Shown piece after piece: positions 10,241-19,123 of a stretch of 64,000 nt of DNA. Origin of the DNA: Paenimyroides ummariense (GTDB taxonomy: Bacteria; Bacteroidota; Bacteroidia; Flavobacteriales; Flavobacteriaceae); assembly GCA_040391585.1 (NCBI GenBank), contig JBEBXO010000002.1:26051-90050 (forward strand), read 5' to 3'. Each line of letters begins with the position of its first letter. Positions within the stretch are counted from its first letter, which is position 1. The notes below the pieces were generated by a model that worked only from the letters and a program-made list of their open reading frames with translations, ran no database searches and was not told where the DNA came from. Position numbers and translations under genes: made by a program.

Positions 10241-11008
10241 ATGCGTTTATTTCTAGTGCTGTTTTGCTTTATAACTTTCAAAGGATTTTCACAGCTAAAA
10301 CAAAGTTTTTATTTTAATTATAACGAAAGCGAATTTACTGATACCGAAAAACAAAAAATCGATGATTGGATAAAGCTTCATCCAAACATGACTGTTTTAA
10401 AGGTTGAAGGTTTTTGTGATTGGGTAGGAACTAGTCAGTACAATAATGAACTTTCCGACAAAAGAATTCGTACTATTATAAACTATTTAAAAGGTAAAGT
10501 TGCAATTGATCAGGCAATTAATACAAAATCTTTTGGAAATGAATTCAAGCAAAACGAAATCCAAGATATAAATAGAAGGGTTGATATTTATTTTGCTAAT
10601 TTGGTAAAAGAAGATAGTGCATCAAAAAAGCTTGATGAAGAACTTTATTCTGCTAAAGCTGGGGAGAAAATAAATTTAAGAAACTTGAATTTTAATGGTG
10701 GGACTGCAATTTTTAAGTCTCATTCATATCCGGTTTTAAAAGAATTGGTACAAACAATGAGATCCAACCCTAATTTAAAGATTGAAATTCAGGGTCATAT
10801 TTGTTGCTATGCTGAATCAGATAGTAAAGATGTTTCAGCAAAAAGAGCTTTAGCAGTTTATAACTATCTTATTAAAAGCGGAATTGATAGAAAACGTTTA
10901 AAATATAAAAGTTTTGGCGGTTCGCAACCTATTTATGCAATTCCAGAACAAAACGAAGAACAACGGGAAGCTAATCGAAGAGTTGAAATTTTAATTTTAG
11001 AGAAATAA
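10241..11008 (+). CDS. OmpA family protein (two OmpA-like modules)
   Basis: Signal peptide. The C-terminal motif LKIEIQGHICC...SAKRALAVYNYLIKSGI...NRRVEILI is OmpA_C-like. An N-terminal weaker copy ends in NRRVDIYF. Confidence 0.7.
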   Translation: MRLFLVLFCFITFKGFSQLKQSFYFNYNESEFTDTEKQKIDDWIKLHPNMTVLKVEGFCDWVGTSQYNNELSDKRIRTIINYLKGKVAIDQAINTKSFGNEFKQNEIQDINRRVDIYFANLVKEDSASKKLDEELYSAKAGEKINLRNLNFNGGTAIFKSHSYPVLKELVQTMRSNPNLKIEIQGHICCYAESDSKDVSAKRALAVYNYLIKSGIDRKRLKYKSFGGSQPIYAIPEQNEEQREANRRVEILILEK

Positions 11009-11081
11009 TAGATTTTCAAATAAAATCATTGAGTAGCTTTTCTAGATACTTTTTAGTTACTTCGTATTTTAATTTTTTAGA

Positions 11082-11360
11082 ATGAAATTTACTTCAAACG
11101 AATACAATCTATTTAAAAGCATAATTGCTACAGTGCTACAACAAAATCATGCGCTTGCAGATAATGAAAGTAAAGTAAAATTACTATCGGATTTATATGA
11201 ACGGTTAAATCTTGAAAAAATAATAATGGGTGTATATCTACACGAACTAAATATGCAGATTAGAGTATATGTGAGTCAAAATGAACTTTCTGATGATGTA
11301 AAAATAAAATTAGAAAATCTGTTGGTGAAAATGAAACGAAAATCACACGCTACCCGATAA
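11082..11360 (+). CDS. hypothetical protein
   Basis: 92-aa ORF with no recognisable motif. Confidence 0.3.
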   Translation: MKFTSNEYNLFKSIIATVLQQNHALADNESKVKLLSDLYERLNLEKIIMGVYLHELNMQIRVYVSQNELSDDVKIKLENLLVKMKRKSHATR

Positions 11361-11390
11361 GTTTAGTAAACCGAAGTGATAGTAATGTAA

Positions 11391-11678
11391 ACCCGTAGTG
11401 CATTATCTTTTTATGCATAATGAATTGAAAAACGAATAGTTGTTTTTTTTTACCACATAGATTCTATATTTATTGTTGAACAAATTTTTAGGTTACATAG
11501 TTTTTGTATTTTACAAAATAAACATAGCTTAACTATGTGTTTTATCAATGATAAAAACTATGACCTCTTTTGTTGTCTATAATTTTCTAATAAATCAGTG
11601 AATAACTATGTTTTCTAATGTGGTTTAAAAAATATATAAATCTGTGCATCTGTGGATATTTTATAATACCCTACGGGT
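11391..11678 (+). mobile_element. MITE-like non-autonomous element, copy 1 (288 bp)
   Basis: TIRs ACCCGTAGTGCATTAT (11391-11406) and ATAATACCCTACGGGT (11663-11678), 14/16 complementary. 8-bp direct duplication TAATGTAA at 11383-11390 and 11679-11686. No ORF. CATAG x3 in the left half is mirrored by CTATG x3 in the right half. Confidence 0.8.
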
Positions 11679-11740
11679 TAATGTAAATATTTTTAAACAT
11701 TTCTCACAACTACAGTATATTTGCACAAAATTGCCGAAAA

Positions 11741-14700
11741 GTGAAAAGGAAGTATAAAAAAATTGCGTTATATGGTTTATTAACAATTATTGTTTTAATT
11801 GGACTAATTTTAGTTGCGCCACAATTATTTAAAAAACAAATTGAAACTGCTGTAAAAGAAGTTACCAAAGAGTTTATTATAACTCCGGTAAATTTCACCG
11901 ATTTAAATGTATCGTTTTTTAAAAACTTTCCGCAATTAAGTGTTTCGTTAAATAATTTAAGTGTCGATGCGCCTAAAGAATTTCATAATTTAAAAACAGT
12001 AGAAACCAATTCTGTTGATTTAGGAATCGATGTTTTTAGTCTTTTTTCTGATCAAATTACTTTTACGGAACTTTTTGTAAACGAAGGTAAATTCAATGTA
12101 ATTACCGATAGTTTGGGTCATTTTTCATTTGCAGTTTTTAAAACATCTACCGAACCTTCAAGCGATAGTTCGTTTCAACTTGCATTGAATAAAATCAATA
12201 TTAAAAATACTACTGTACTGTATCAAGACGATCAATCTAAAATTAAAATTAAAACAGATCGTACCAATATTGCCGGTGATGTGCAGGTTACCGATAAATT
12301 TATCAATTTTGAAACGAATGCCGATATAAAATCGTTGTTTTTTGAATTGGATAAAAATGTTTTGGTCGATCACAAACCATTGAAAGGAACCATTCATACA
12401 AAAGTAAATTTAGATCCAATTTCGATCGAGTTCAATAAAAACGAACTTTTGTTAGCAAATTTGCCTTTAAATGTTCAGGGAAAAGTAGCGGTTCTTGATA
12501 AAGGAATTGATTTTGATTTAAACGTAAAATCACAAAACGCATCGTTAGAAAATTTGTTTTCTTTGGTTCCAGAAACATATCAAAAATGGTACGAGGGAAT
12601 GTATTTTACCGGAAATTCAACTTTGCAGTTACTTTTAAAAGGTGTTATGCAAGACAGCGTTTCTAATCCCGATTTAAATATTCAATTAGGTATTACCAAC
12701 GGTAGCGTAGCCGCAAAGCAGTTTAAAGATATTCCTGTAAAAAATTTAACAACAAATGCCCAACTAAACTTACCTCAATTAAACCCAGATTCCTTACTTG
12801 TGAATGTTTCTAATTTTGCTTTTAATTTAGGCGATGGCTATGCAAAAGGTAATGCCCAATATAAATTTCCAATGTATGTTGATGCTCTTGTTGATGCTAA
12901 TTTAAATGTATCGCAACTATGGCAAACGCTTGCAATTTCGGGAATGGATCTTAAAGGTAATGCCACAATTAAAGGTGCTGTTAAAGGGAATTATTTAACT
13001 AAAACAACTAAAAACAAGCAAGGTGTAGAAGTTGCCGAAATTAAAGAAATTCCGACTTTTAATGTGAAAGCGAATTGGGAAAAAGGTTATTTTAAATGGA
13101 TAGAGATGCCCTTGGCAATTAACGATCTGAATTTTAATTTAGATGCTGTAAATACCGACGGAAATTATAAAAATACGCTTGTAGATATTCAAAATATCGA
13201 TGCAAAAGCAGGAGCTAATTATGTAAAAGGACGATTAAAGGTTACTAATTTAACCAATTTTAATACCGATACCGATTTAAAGGCGTATGTTGAATTAGCC
13301 GATGTGAAAAATATTTTTCCGATTAAAGAGGTCGATTTTGGCGGACAGTTAACTGTTGATACCAAAGCAAAAGGCAGTCTGGATTTAGATCGAAACAAAA
13401 TTCCTGTAACCTCTTCTATTGTAAAGCTTAAAAATGGTTTTCTGCGTTATAACAGTCTGCCAGAACTACCTTTAGAAAAAATAAATCTTGAAACGCACAT
13501 TACATCGCCTCGTGGTTCGTTAAACGATTTGCGTGTAAACGTACTGCCAATTTCGTTTGTGCTGGCTAACGAACCTTTTAAAATAGATGCTAATTTGTTT
13601 AATTTTAATAATTTAACTTTTGATATTGGTACTAAAGGAAAATTAAATCTGGGGAATCTTTACAAAGTTTTTGCTATTGCTGGTTTAGATGTTTCTGGAC
13701 AGTTAGAAACCGATTTAAAACTGAAAGGAAAAGGTGGGGCAGACGATCCGTCGTCGTTAAACAATCGTGGATTTGTATTGTTGAAAGATATTCATATTAA
13801 ATCGGAATTTTTTCCACACGATTTTGTTTTCACCGAAGGCAAGTTTAAATTCTATCGTAAAAAAATGCGTTTAGAAAACATAAAAATGAACTACGCAAAA
13901 CAAACATTTGTGTTAAATGGCGATTTAGAAAATTACATTAATTATTTCTTAACGCCCAATGCCACGTTGCAAGGAACTTTAAATGTAACATCGAAATTTA
14001 TAGATGTTAATTCGTTTATGTTTAGCGGTTCTACAGCAAATACAACAACTACCAATACTACTACGGCAGCAAGTAATGTAGTTTTAATTCCCGATTTAAT
14101 AAATTTTGAATTAACTGCAAATGCCCAAAAAGTGAAGTTTAACGATATGGTTTTAAACAATTTGTCGGGTATTTTAAAAGTGTACGATAAAAAACTGGAA
14201 CTGCACGAAGCAAAATTCGGATTAATTGATGCCGATTTTTTAATGAATGCCACTTACGAACCAGTAAGTAATAAACGAGCAAAATTTGGTTTTGATATTA
14301 ATGCACAACAGTTCGATATTCAAAAAGCCTACAAACAATTAACGTTGTTTAGAGAAATGGTTTCGGCAGCAGAAAATGCATCGGGGCAGGTATCATTAAA
14401 ATATCAGTTGCAAGGAATGTTAAATCAAGAAATGTATCCTATCATGCATTCTGTAAAAGGTTCGGGTGATTTAATTTTAGAGAACATACAATTTATGGGC
14501 TTTAAACTGTTTAATTCGGTTGCTAAAGAAACAAAAACCGATGCTTTACACGATGCCAATGTTCAAAATGTGGTGGTAAAAACATCTATCGAAAATAATG
14601 TCATGAATATAGAGCGTACCAAGTTTAAAATTGCAGGTTTCCGTCCGCGCGTGGAAGGGCAGGTTACATTAGACGGAAAAATGAATATTGGTATGCGTTT

Positions 14701-14869
14701 GGGCTTGCCACCTTTTGGAATTATCGGAATTCCTATAACCGTGAAAGGCGATAGTGATAATTTTGATATTAAAGTAGGGAAATACAAACAAGAAGATTTA
14801 TCTGAAGACGACGAAGATTACGAAGCTTATAAAAAATCTATTGATACCTTGCAGCCACAATTAAATTAA
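11741..14869 (+). CDS. AsmA-like / TamB-like large envelope protein
   Basis: 1042 aa. N-terminal TM anchor, then a long beta-rich, repeat-poor sequence typical of the AsmA family. GTG start. A TATATTTG box lies at 11716-11723. Confidence 0.65.
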   Translation: MKRKYKKIALYGLLTIIVLIGLILVAPQLFKKQIETAVKEVTKEFIITPVNFTDLNVSFFKNFPQLSVSLNNLSVDAPKEFHNLKTVETNSVDLGIDVFSLFSDQITFTELFVNEGKFNVITDSLGHFSFAVFKTSTEPSSDSSFQLALNKINIKNTTVLYQDDQSKIKIKTDRTNIAGDVQVTDKFINFETNADIKSLFFELDKNVLVDHKPLKGTIHTKVNLDPISIEFNKNELLLANLPLNVQGKVAVLDKGIDFDLNVKSQNASLENLFSLVPETYQKWYEGMYFTGNSTLQLLLKGVMQDSVSNPDLNIQLGITNGSVAAKQFKDIPVKNLTTNAQLNLPQLNPDSLLVNVSNFAFNLGDGYAKGNAQYKFPMYVDALVDANLNVSQLWQTLAISGMDLKGNATIKGAVKGNYLTKTTKNKQGVEVAEIKEIPTFNVKANWEKGYFKWIEMPLAINDLNFNLDAVNTDGNYKNTLVDIQNIDAKAGANYVKGRLKVTNLTNFNTDTDLKAYVELADVKNIFPIKEVDFGGQLTVDTKAKGSLDLDRNKIPVTSSIVKLKNGFLRYNSLPELPLEKINLETHITSPRGSLNDLRVNVLPISFVLANEPFKIDANLFNFNNLTFDIGTKGKLNLGNLYKVFAIAGLDVSGQLETDLKLKGKGGADDPSSLNNRGFVLLKDIHIKSEFFPHDFVFTEGKFKFYRKKMRLENIKMNYAKQTFVLNGDLENYINYFLTPNATLQGTLNVTSKFIDVNSFMFSGSTANTTTTNTTTAASNVVLIPDLINFELTANAQKVKFNDMVLNNLSGILKVYDKKLELHEAKFGLIDADFLMNATYEPVSNKRAKFGFDINAQQFDIQKAYKQLTLFREMVSAAENASGQVSLKYQLQGMLNQEMYPIMHSVKGSGDLILENIQFMGFKLFNSVAKETKTDALHDANVQNVVVKTSIENNVMNIERTKFKIAGFRPRVEGQVTLDGKMNIGMRLGLPPFGIIGIPITVKGDSDNFDIKVGKYKQEDLSEDDEDYEAYKKSIDTLQPQLN

Positions 14870-14877
14870 TAGAACCA

Positions 14878-15501
14878 ATGAAAAATTTTTTCCTGTTAAT
14901 ATTTAGTGTGTCTACTTTTATTGCTAAAGCACAGCATACAGCACCTGTAGAAGGTTATAATGTTTTTGTAGATCGACTTTTTTCTGAAGTGGTTATACCA
15001 GACGAAGTGTATGCAAACAAAGAAACCATTTTAAAAATTTCTGTTGACAGTCTGGCAAATGCCCGATTGTTACTTGTAAAACCTTACAATAAAGAATTGT
15101 TTGTAGAACTTAAAAAGTTTGTTGCAGAAACAAAATGGATTGCTGCTATAGAAAATGACATTGCTAAAAGTAGTATCATTCAAATTCCGTTGGTTTTTAA
15201 AAGTGAAGACGATTTCCAAAATGCAGAAGCAACTCCTCAAATCTCTATGATGGAGTTTTACAAATACTTTGGAAAACGTTTGAATATAAAATCGTACAAA
15301 CAAAAAAAAATAATTTGCGACGCAAAGTTTAAAGTAAAAGAAGACGGTAGTTTAGAATTGATTTCTATTACAGAAAACAATGCAGAACTATATAATGAAT
15401 TAAAAAAACTATTTGCAGAAGCCGATAAATGGAATCCGGCTGTAAAAAACGGAAAACCCGTTAGTTCGGTTAAAAACTTTAAACTAACCATTAATCAATG
15501 A
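14878..15501 (+). CDS. secreted protein with duplicated TonB C-terminal-like modules
   Basis: Signal peptide and C-terminal KWNPAVKNGKPVSS motif. Paralog of the next gene. Confidence 0.5.
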   Translation: MKNFFLLIFSVSTFIAKAQHTAPVEGYNVFVDRLFSEVVIPDEVYANKETILKISVDSLANARLLLVKPYNKELFVELKKFVAETKWIAAIENDIAKSSIIQIPLVFKSEDDFQNAEATPQISMMEFYKYFGKRLNIKSYKQKKIICDAKFKVKEDGSLELISITENNAELYNELKKLFAEADKWNPAVKNGKPVSSVKNFKLTINQ

Positions 15502-16145
15502 AAATAATAATTGCAAGTCTTGTGTTTTTTTATTCGATAGTTATGTGCGCGCAAGAAAATCAAGCACCATCTCCAAAAAACGGCATGGAGTTGTTTCTAA
15601 ACAACCTTGAGCAAAAAGTTTCTATACCTTTTAGTTATTACGAAAGAGAAGGTTTTACCATGCACATAAGCGTAGACAGCTTGGCAACGGTTAAATTAAC
15701 ATCGTTAGATCCGTTTACATCTTCATTTTATAAAGAATTAAAAGCGTATGTAGAACAAACCAGTTGGGTAGTAGAGAAAACAAGTTCAACAGAATTGCCA
15801 AAAACCTTTATAGTTCCTGTTAAATTAGATAAACAGAAAATTGCAAACATGCAGAAAGCGTATCCTAAAGAAGGTTTACCTGCGTTTTACGAAGCTTTTG
15901 TGAAATATATTTTTACAACTTACTACAGAAATTTCAAGTTCTCATCGTACAAAGTGGTTTTTGAAGTTGATGAAAAGGGCAAACTCAGGATTAACGAAAT
16001 TAAACCTGATGATGGAGCTTTTCGTTTTGAAGCCACTCGTTTTTTAGAACGAAAAACCGATTTATGGACACCAGCAATGATAGATGGTAAACCCGTAAAA
16101 TCAACCTTTACCTTACCAATTAAATTTCAGCAAAGTAGTCATTAA
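15498..16145 (+). CDS. secreted protein with duplicated TonB C-terminal-like modules (tandem paralog)
   Basis: 4-nt ATGA overlap with the upstream paralog. C-terminal LWTPAMIDGKPVKS motif. Confidence 0.5.
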   Translation: MKIIIASLVFFYSIVMCAQENQAPSPKNGMELFLNNLEQKVSIPFSYYEREGFTMHISVDSLATVKLTSLDPFTSSFYKELKAYVEQTSWVVEKTSSTELPKTFIVPVKLDKQKIANMQKAYPKEGLPAFYEAFVKYIFTTYYRNFKFSSYKVVFEVDEKGKLRINEIKPDDGAFRFEATRFLERKTDLWTPAMIDGKPVKSTFTLPIKFQQSSH

Positions 16146-16189
16146 TTTCAAATTTATAATATCTTTGTAACATACTAAATGCTTTAAAA

Positions 16190-16756
16190 ATGAAAACATT
16201 AAAAGGAATTTCTTTATTATTTATGGCTGCTGCAATGTTGGTAAGCTGTAAGCAAAATTCTAACAAACAAGAAGAAACTACAACCACAACGGTAACCGAT
16301 ACTACAAATGTTGCAGAAGACAACACAGCAAGCGACGGAATTAGCGGTGTGATGCAGAAAGCTACTTTTCAGGTAGAAGGAATGTCTTGTGCAATTGGAT
16401 GTGCAAAAGTTATTGAAGGCAAATTAGCTAAAATGGAAGGTATGAAAAGTGCGAAAGTTGATTTTGATACTAAAACAGCTACAATTGAATTCGATGATGC
16501 CAAACAAAACACCGAATCAATTAAAAAAATGGTAGAAGAAATTGCAGATGGTGCTTACAAAGTGCAAAACATCAGCGTTTCTAAAGAAATGGCAATGCTT
16601 TTTCAAGATGATAAAACCGAACAAAAAAAATGTTGTTCATCTCACAAAGACGGTAAATCTTGCGGTGATAAAAAAGGTACAGATAAGAAAAAAGACGGTT
16701 GTTGTAAAGACAAAAAAGATAAAAAAGCTACAACTAACAAACTAAATATAATTTAA
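16190..16756 (+). CDS. heavy-metal-associated (HMA) domain lipoprotein with Cys/Lys-rich tail
   Basis: Lipobox LVSC. HMA motif GMSCAIGC (GMxCxxC). C-terminal KKCCSSHKDGKSCGDKK...DGCCKDKK. Confidence 0.7.
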   Translation: MKTLKGISLLFMAAAMLVSCKQNSNKQEETTTTTVTDTTNVAEDNTASDGISGVMQKATFQVEGMSCAIGCAKVIEGKLAKMEGMKSAKVDFDTKTATIEFDDAKQNTESIKKMVEEIADGAYKVQNISVSKEMAMLFQDDKTEQKKCCSSHKDGKSCGDKKGTDKKKDGCCKDKKDKKATTNKLNII

Positions 16757-16759
16757 ACT

Positions 16760-16789
16760 AAAAACTCTTGAGAAATCAAGAGTTTTTTA
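16760..16789. terminator. bidirectional terminator
   Basis: aaaactcttg / caagagtttt 10-bp stem between convergent genes. Confidence 0.65.
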
Positions 16790-17350
16790 TTTATTAGTCC
16801 ATTCTAAAGATTCCATTAAGGCTTTCATATCATCTTCAATGTACTTTGTAGCCGGATAAATTGAATCAAAATTAGGCTTTGAATAAAAGTACAAGGTACC
16901 TACCACAAAGTTTTTGGTACTGTCTGTAGCATAAAATTGCACGTTGGTAGCAGCATCACCAATTACCTTGTAAAACATGCCGTACACTTTTTTCTCGGGA
17001 TGCTCATAAACCGATTCCTGAATGCCATCTGCTTTTATGGTATGGTTATATGTTAATTTTTGTGCGTCTTTCAACAATAAATTAAGGTTGTTGTTAACCG
17101 GGCGGTAGTTCATGTAAATACTCGCTTTCATTTTTGGATAATCAATTTTAAACGAAAAATTCTCATCGGGTTTTACAACAGCATAGTTATTCTTGTTAAA
17201 CTTAAATCTTCCTGCAGGTTCTGTATATGTTTTATAAGCCGCTTCTGGATATTCTAAACTTAAATAACCATCGGGTTTTGGTATTGCATCTTCTTTACAA
17301 CTTGCTAAAAAAAATGCGGTTATAGCGGGTACTAAAAATTTAATTTTCAT
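16787..17350 (-). CDS. gldD: gliding motility lipoprotein GldD
   Basis: 187-aa lipoprotein (LASC) with conserved GldD stretches (HTIKADGIQE, KKVYGMFY, FYATDSTKNF). Sits in the known gldD-gldE-ssb-mutY arrangement. Confidence 0.8.
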   Translation of the reverse strand: MKIKFLVPAITAFFLASCKEDAIPKPDGYLSLEYPEAAYKTYTEPAGRFKFNKNNYAVVKPDENFSFKIDYPKMKASIYMNYRPVNNNLNLLLKDAQKLTYNHTIKADGIQESVYEHPEKKVYGMFYKVIGDAATNVQFYATDSTKNFVVGTLYFYSKPNFDSIYPATKYIEDDMKALMESLEWTNK

Positions 17351-18620
17351 TAATGGTTACTTTAATTTTCTCTAATCTGCGTTTGTGAATGCTTATTACT
17401 TTAAATAGATAGTTTTCAAAGGTAATTACATCGTCTGTTTTTGGGAAATCTTCAAACTGTTCCAATAAAAATCCACCTAACGATTCGGCATCCAGTCTGC
17501 TTTCTTCAAACGGTTCTTCGTCAATATCTAAAATTCTGCAAAAATCAAGAATCGATATTTTCCCATCAAAGATATAAACATTTGCATTTAATTTTTGATA
17601 CAATTTATCGTCTTCATCTAATTCGTCGGCAATTTCACCTACAATTTCTTCAATAATATCTTCTAACGAAATAATGCCAACGGTTTCGCCAAATTCATCA
17701 ACAACAACAGCCAAATGGTTTTTGTTGGCTTGAAAATCGGTCAGTAAATCGTCTAACTTTTTACTTTCGGGTATAAAATAAGGTTCGCGTAAAAGAGTGG
17801 TCCATTGAAAAACCTTTTTATCTAAAAACGGAATCAGATCTTTAATGTATAAAATTCCTGTAATATTATCGATACTGTCTTTGTAAATCGGAATGCGCGA
17901 ATAACCTTTCTCTATAATTTGTGGTAAAATTTCATGAAAAAGTTCTTCATCGCTTAATGCAAAAAGATCAATACGAGGCGTCATTACCTGTGTAACTTCG
18001 GTTGATCCAAAAGAGGCAATTCCTTCTAAAATACGCTGTTCGTCTTCGTTTGCCGGGTTGTAATCTGTCATTTCTAGTGCTTGTGAAAGCTGCTCCATAG
18101 AAAACGAATCATCTTTTTTATCGATTTTCCCTAAAATAAAGCGGTTGGTTTTTCTAAAAACCCAGGTAACAGGCGTTAAAACGGTACAAAAAAAGTAAAT
18201 AGGTTTAATAGTTTTTACCACTACTTTGTTTAATCTGCGCGAGCTGTAAATTCTTGGATAAATTTCGCCAAATAATGCCAGTATAAAACTAGCTATTACC
18301 ACTACAATTACAATTCCCAAGAAATGTATAAAAAAGAAGTGACTGTAAAGTACAAACAAACTCCATAAAAACAGCACTTTAAAAATAGTATTGCTTAAAT
18401 TAATGGTTGCCTGAAGTTTAATGGGTTTGTCTAATAATTTTTGATACAGTTCTGCCTTGCGGGGGAATGTTGTTAAAAGCTGGTCAAAGCGGTTTTTTGA
18501 TGTTGAAAAGTACGCAACTTCTACAGCTGCAAACAAAGCAACAAAAAACAGCGATACAATTAAGCACAAGCTTGTGAAAGCTATAAAAAGTATTTGTAGT
18601 GTGACGGGGTCGGGATCCAA
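17340..18620 (-). CDS. gldE: gliding motility-associated protein GldE (DUF21-CBS-CorC/HlyC)
   Basis: N-terminal TM DUF21 region, a CBS pair and a CorC_HlyC-like C-terminus. Overlaps gldD by 11 nt. Confidence 0.8.
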   Translation of the reverse strand: MDPDPVTLQILFIAFTSLCLIVSLFFVALFAAVEVAYFSTSKNRFDQLLTTFPRKAELYQKLLDKPIKLQATINLSNTIFKVLFLWSLFVLYSHFFFIHFLGIVIVVVIASFILALFGEIYPRIYSSRRLNKVVVKTIKPIYFFCTVLTPVTWVFRKTNRFILGKIDKKDDSFSMEQLSQALEMTDYNPANEDEQRILEGIASFGSTEVTQVMTPRIDLFALSDEELFHEILPQIIEKGYSRIPIYKDSIDNITGILYIKDLIPFLDKKVFQWTTLLREPYFIPESKKLDDLLTDFQANKNHLAVVVDEFGETVGIISLEDIIEEIVGEIADELDEDDKLYQKLNANVYIFDGKISILDFCRILDIDEEPFEESRLDAESLGGFLLEQFEDFPKTDDVITFENYLFKVISIHKRRLEKIKVTINEN

Positions 18621-18645
18621 ATGCGAAAAATTTAATTATTAAATA

Positions 18646-19095
18646 TTAAAAAGGAATATCGTTTAGTTTATCGTAATCAGAAATTTTTGGAACTTCAAAA
18701 TTATTCAGTTTATCTTCTTCGGCGTGTTTCATTGCCTTGGTTTTAGAATCAATTTCTTTTTTTACATTCAAAAAAATAAATTCGGTAACCTGAATCTCTG
18801 TGGTGTGTTTGGTAGTGCCGTCTTCGGTTTGCCAATTGCGGGTGCGAATTTTTCCTTCTATGTAAATTTTATCGCCTTTGCTTAAATATTTTTCACACAA
18901 TTCGGCTGCTTTGTTCCTAAAAACCAGATTGTGCCATTCGGTAGAAGTAATTTTTTCGTTAGTACTTTTGTTAATATAAACCTCGTTGGTAGCAATAGAA
19001 AACCGTGCAATAGAATTACCGCCTTCAAAATAATGCATTTTTACATCGTCGCCCAAATGGCCTATCAAAGTTACTTTGTTTAAAGTTCCGTACAT
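18646..19095 (-). CDS. ssb: single-stranded DNA-binding protein
   Basis: OB-fold N-terminus (LNKVTLIGHLGDDV...TEWHNLVFRNKAAE) and an acidic C-terminal tip ending DIPF. Confidence 0.9.
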   Translation of the reverse strand: MYGTLNKVTLIGHLGDDVKMHYFEGGNSIARFSIATNEVYINKSTNEKITSTEWHNLVFRNKAAELCEKYLSKGDKIYIEGKIRTRNWQTEDGTTKHTTEIQVTEFIFLNVKKEIDSKTKAMKHAEEDKLNNFEVPKISDYDKLNDIPF

Positions 19096-19123
19096 ATAAT
19101 ATGATCGTTATACATCAAAAATA

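Noticed and set aside
16542-16745. An alternative-frame 67-aa ORF inside the HMA lipoprotein gene.
   Set aside because: It arises from the A-rich Lys-coding tail and is a frame artefact of low-complexity sequence.
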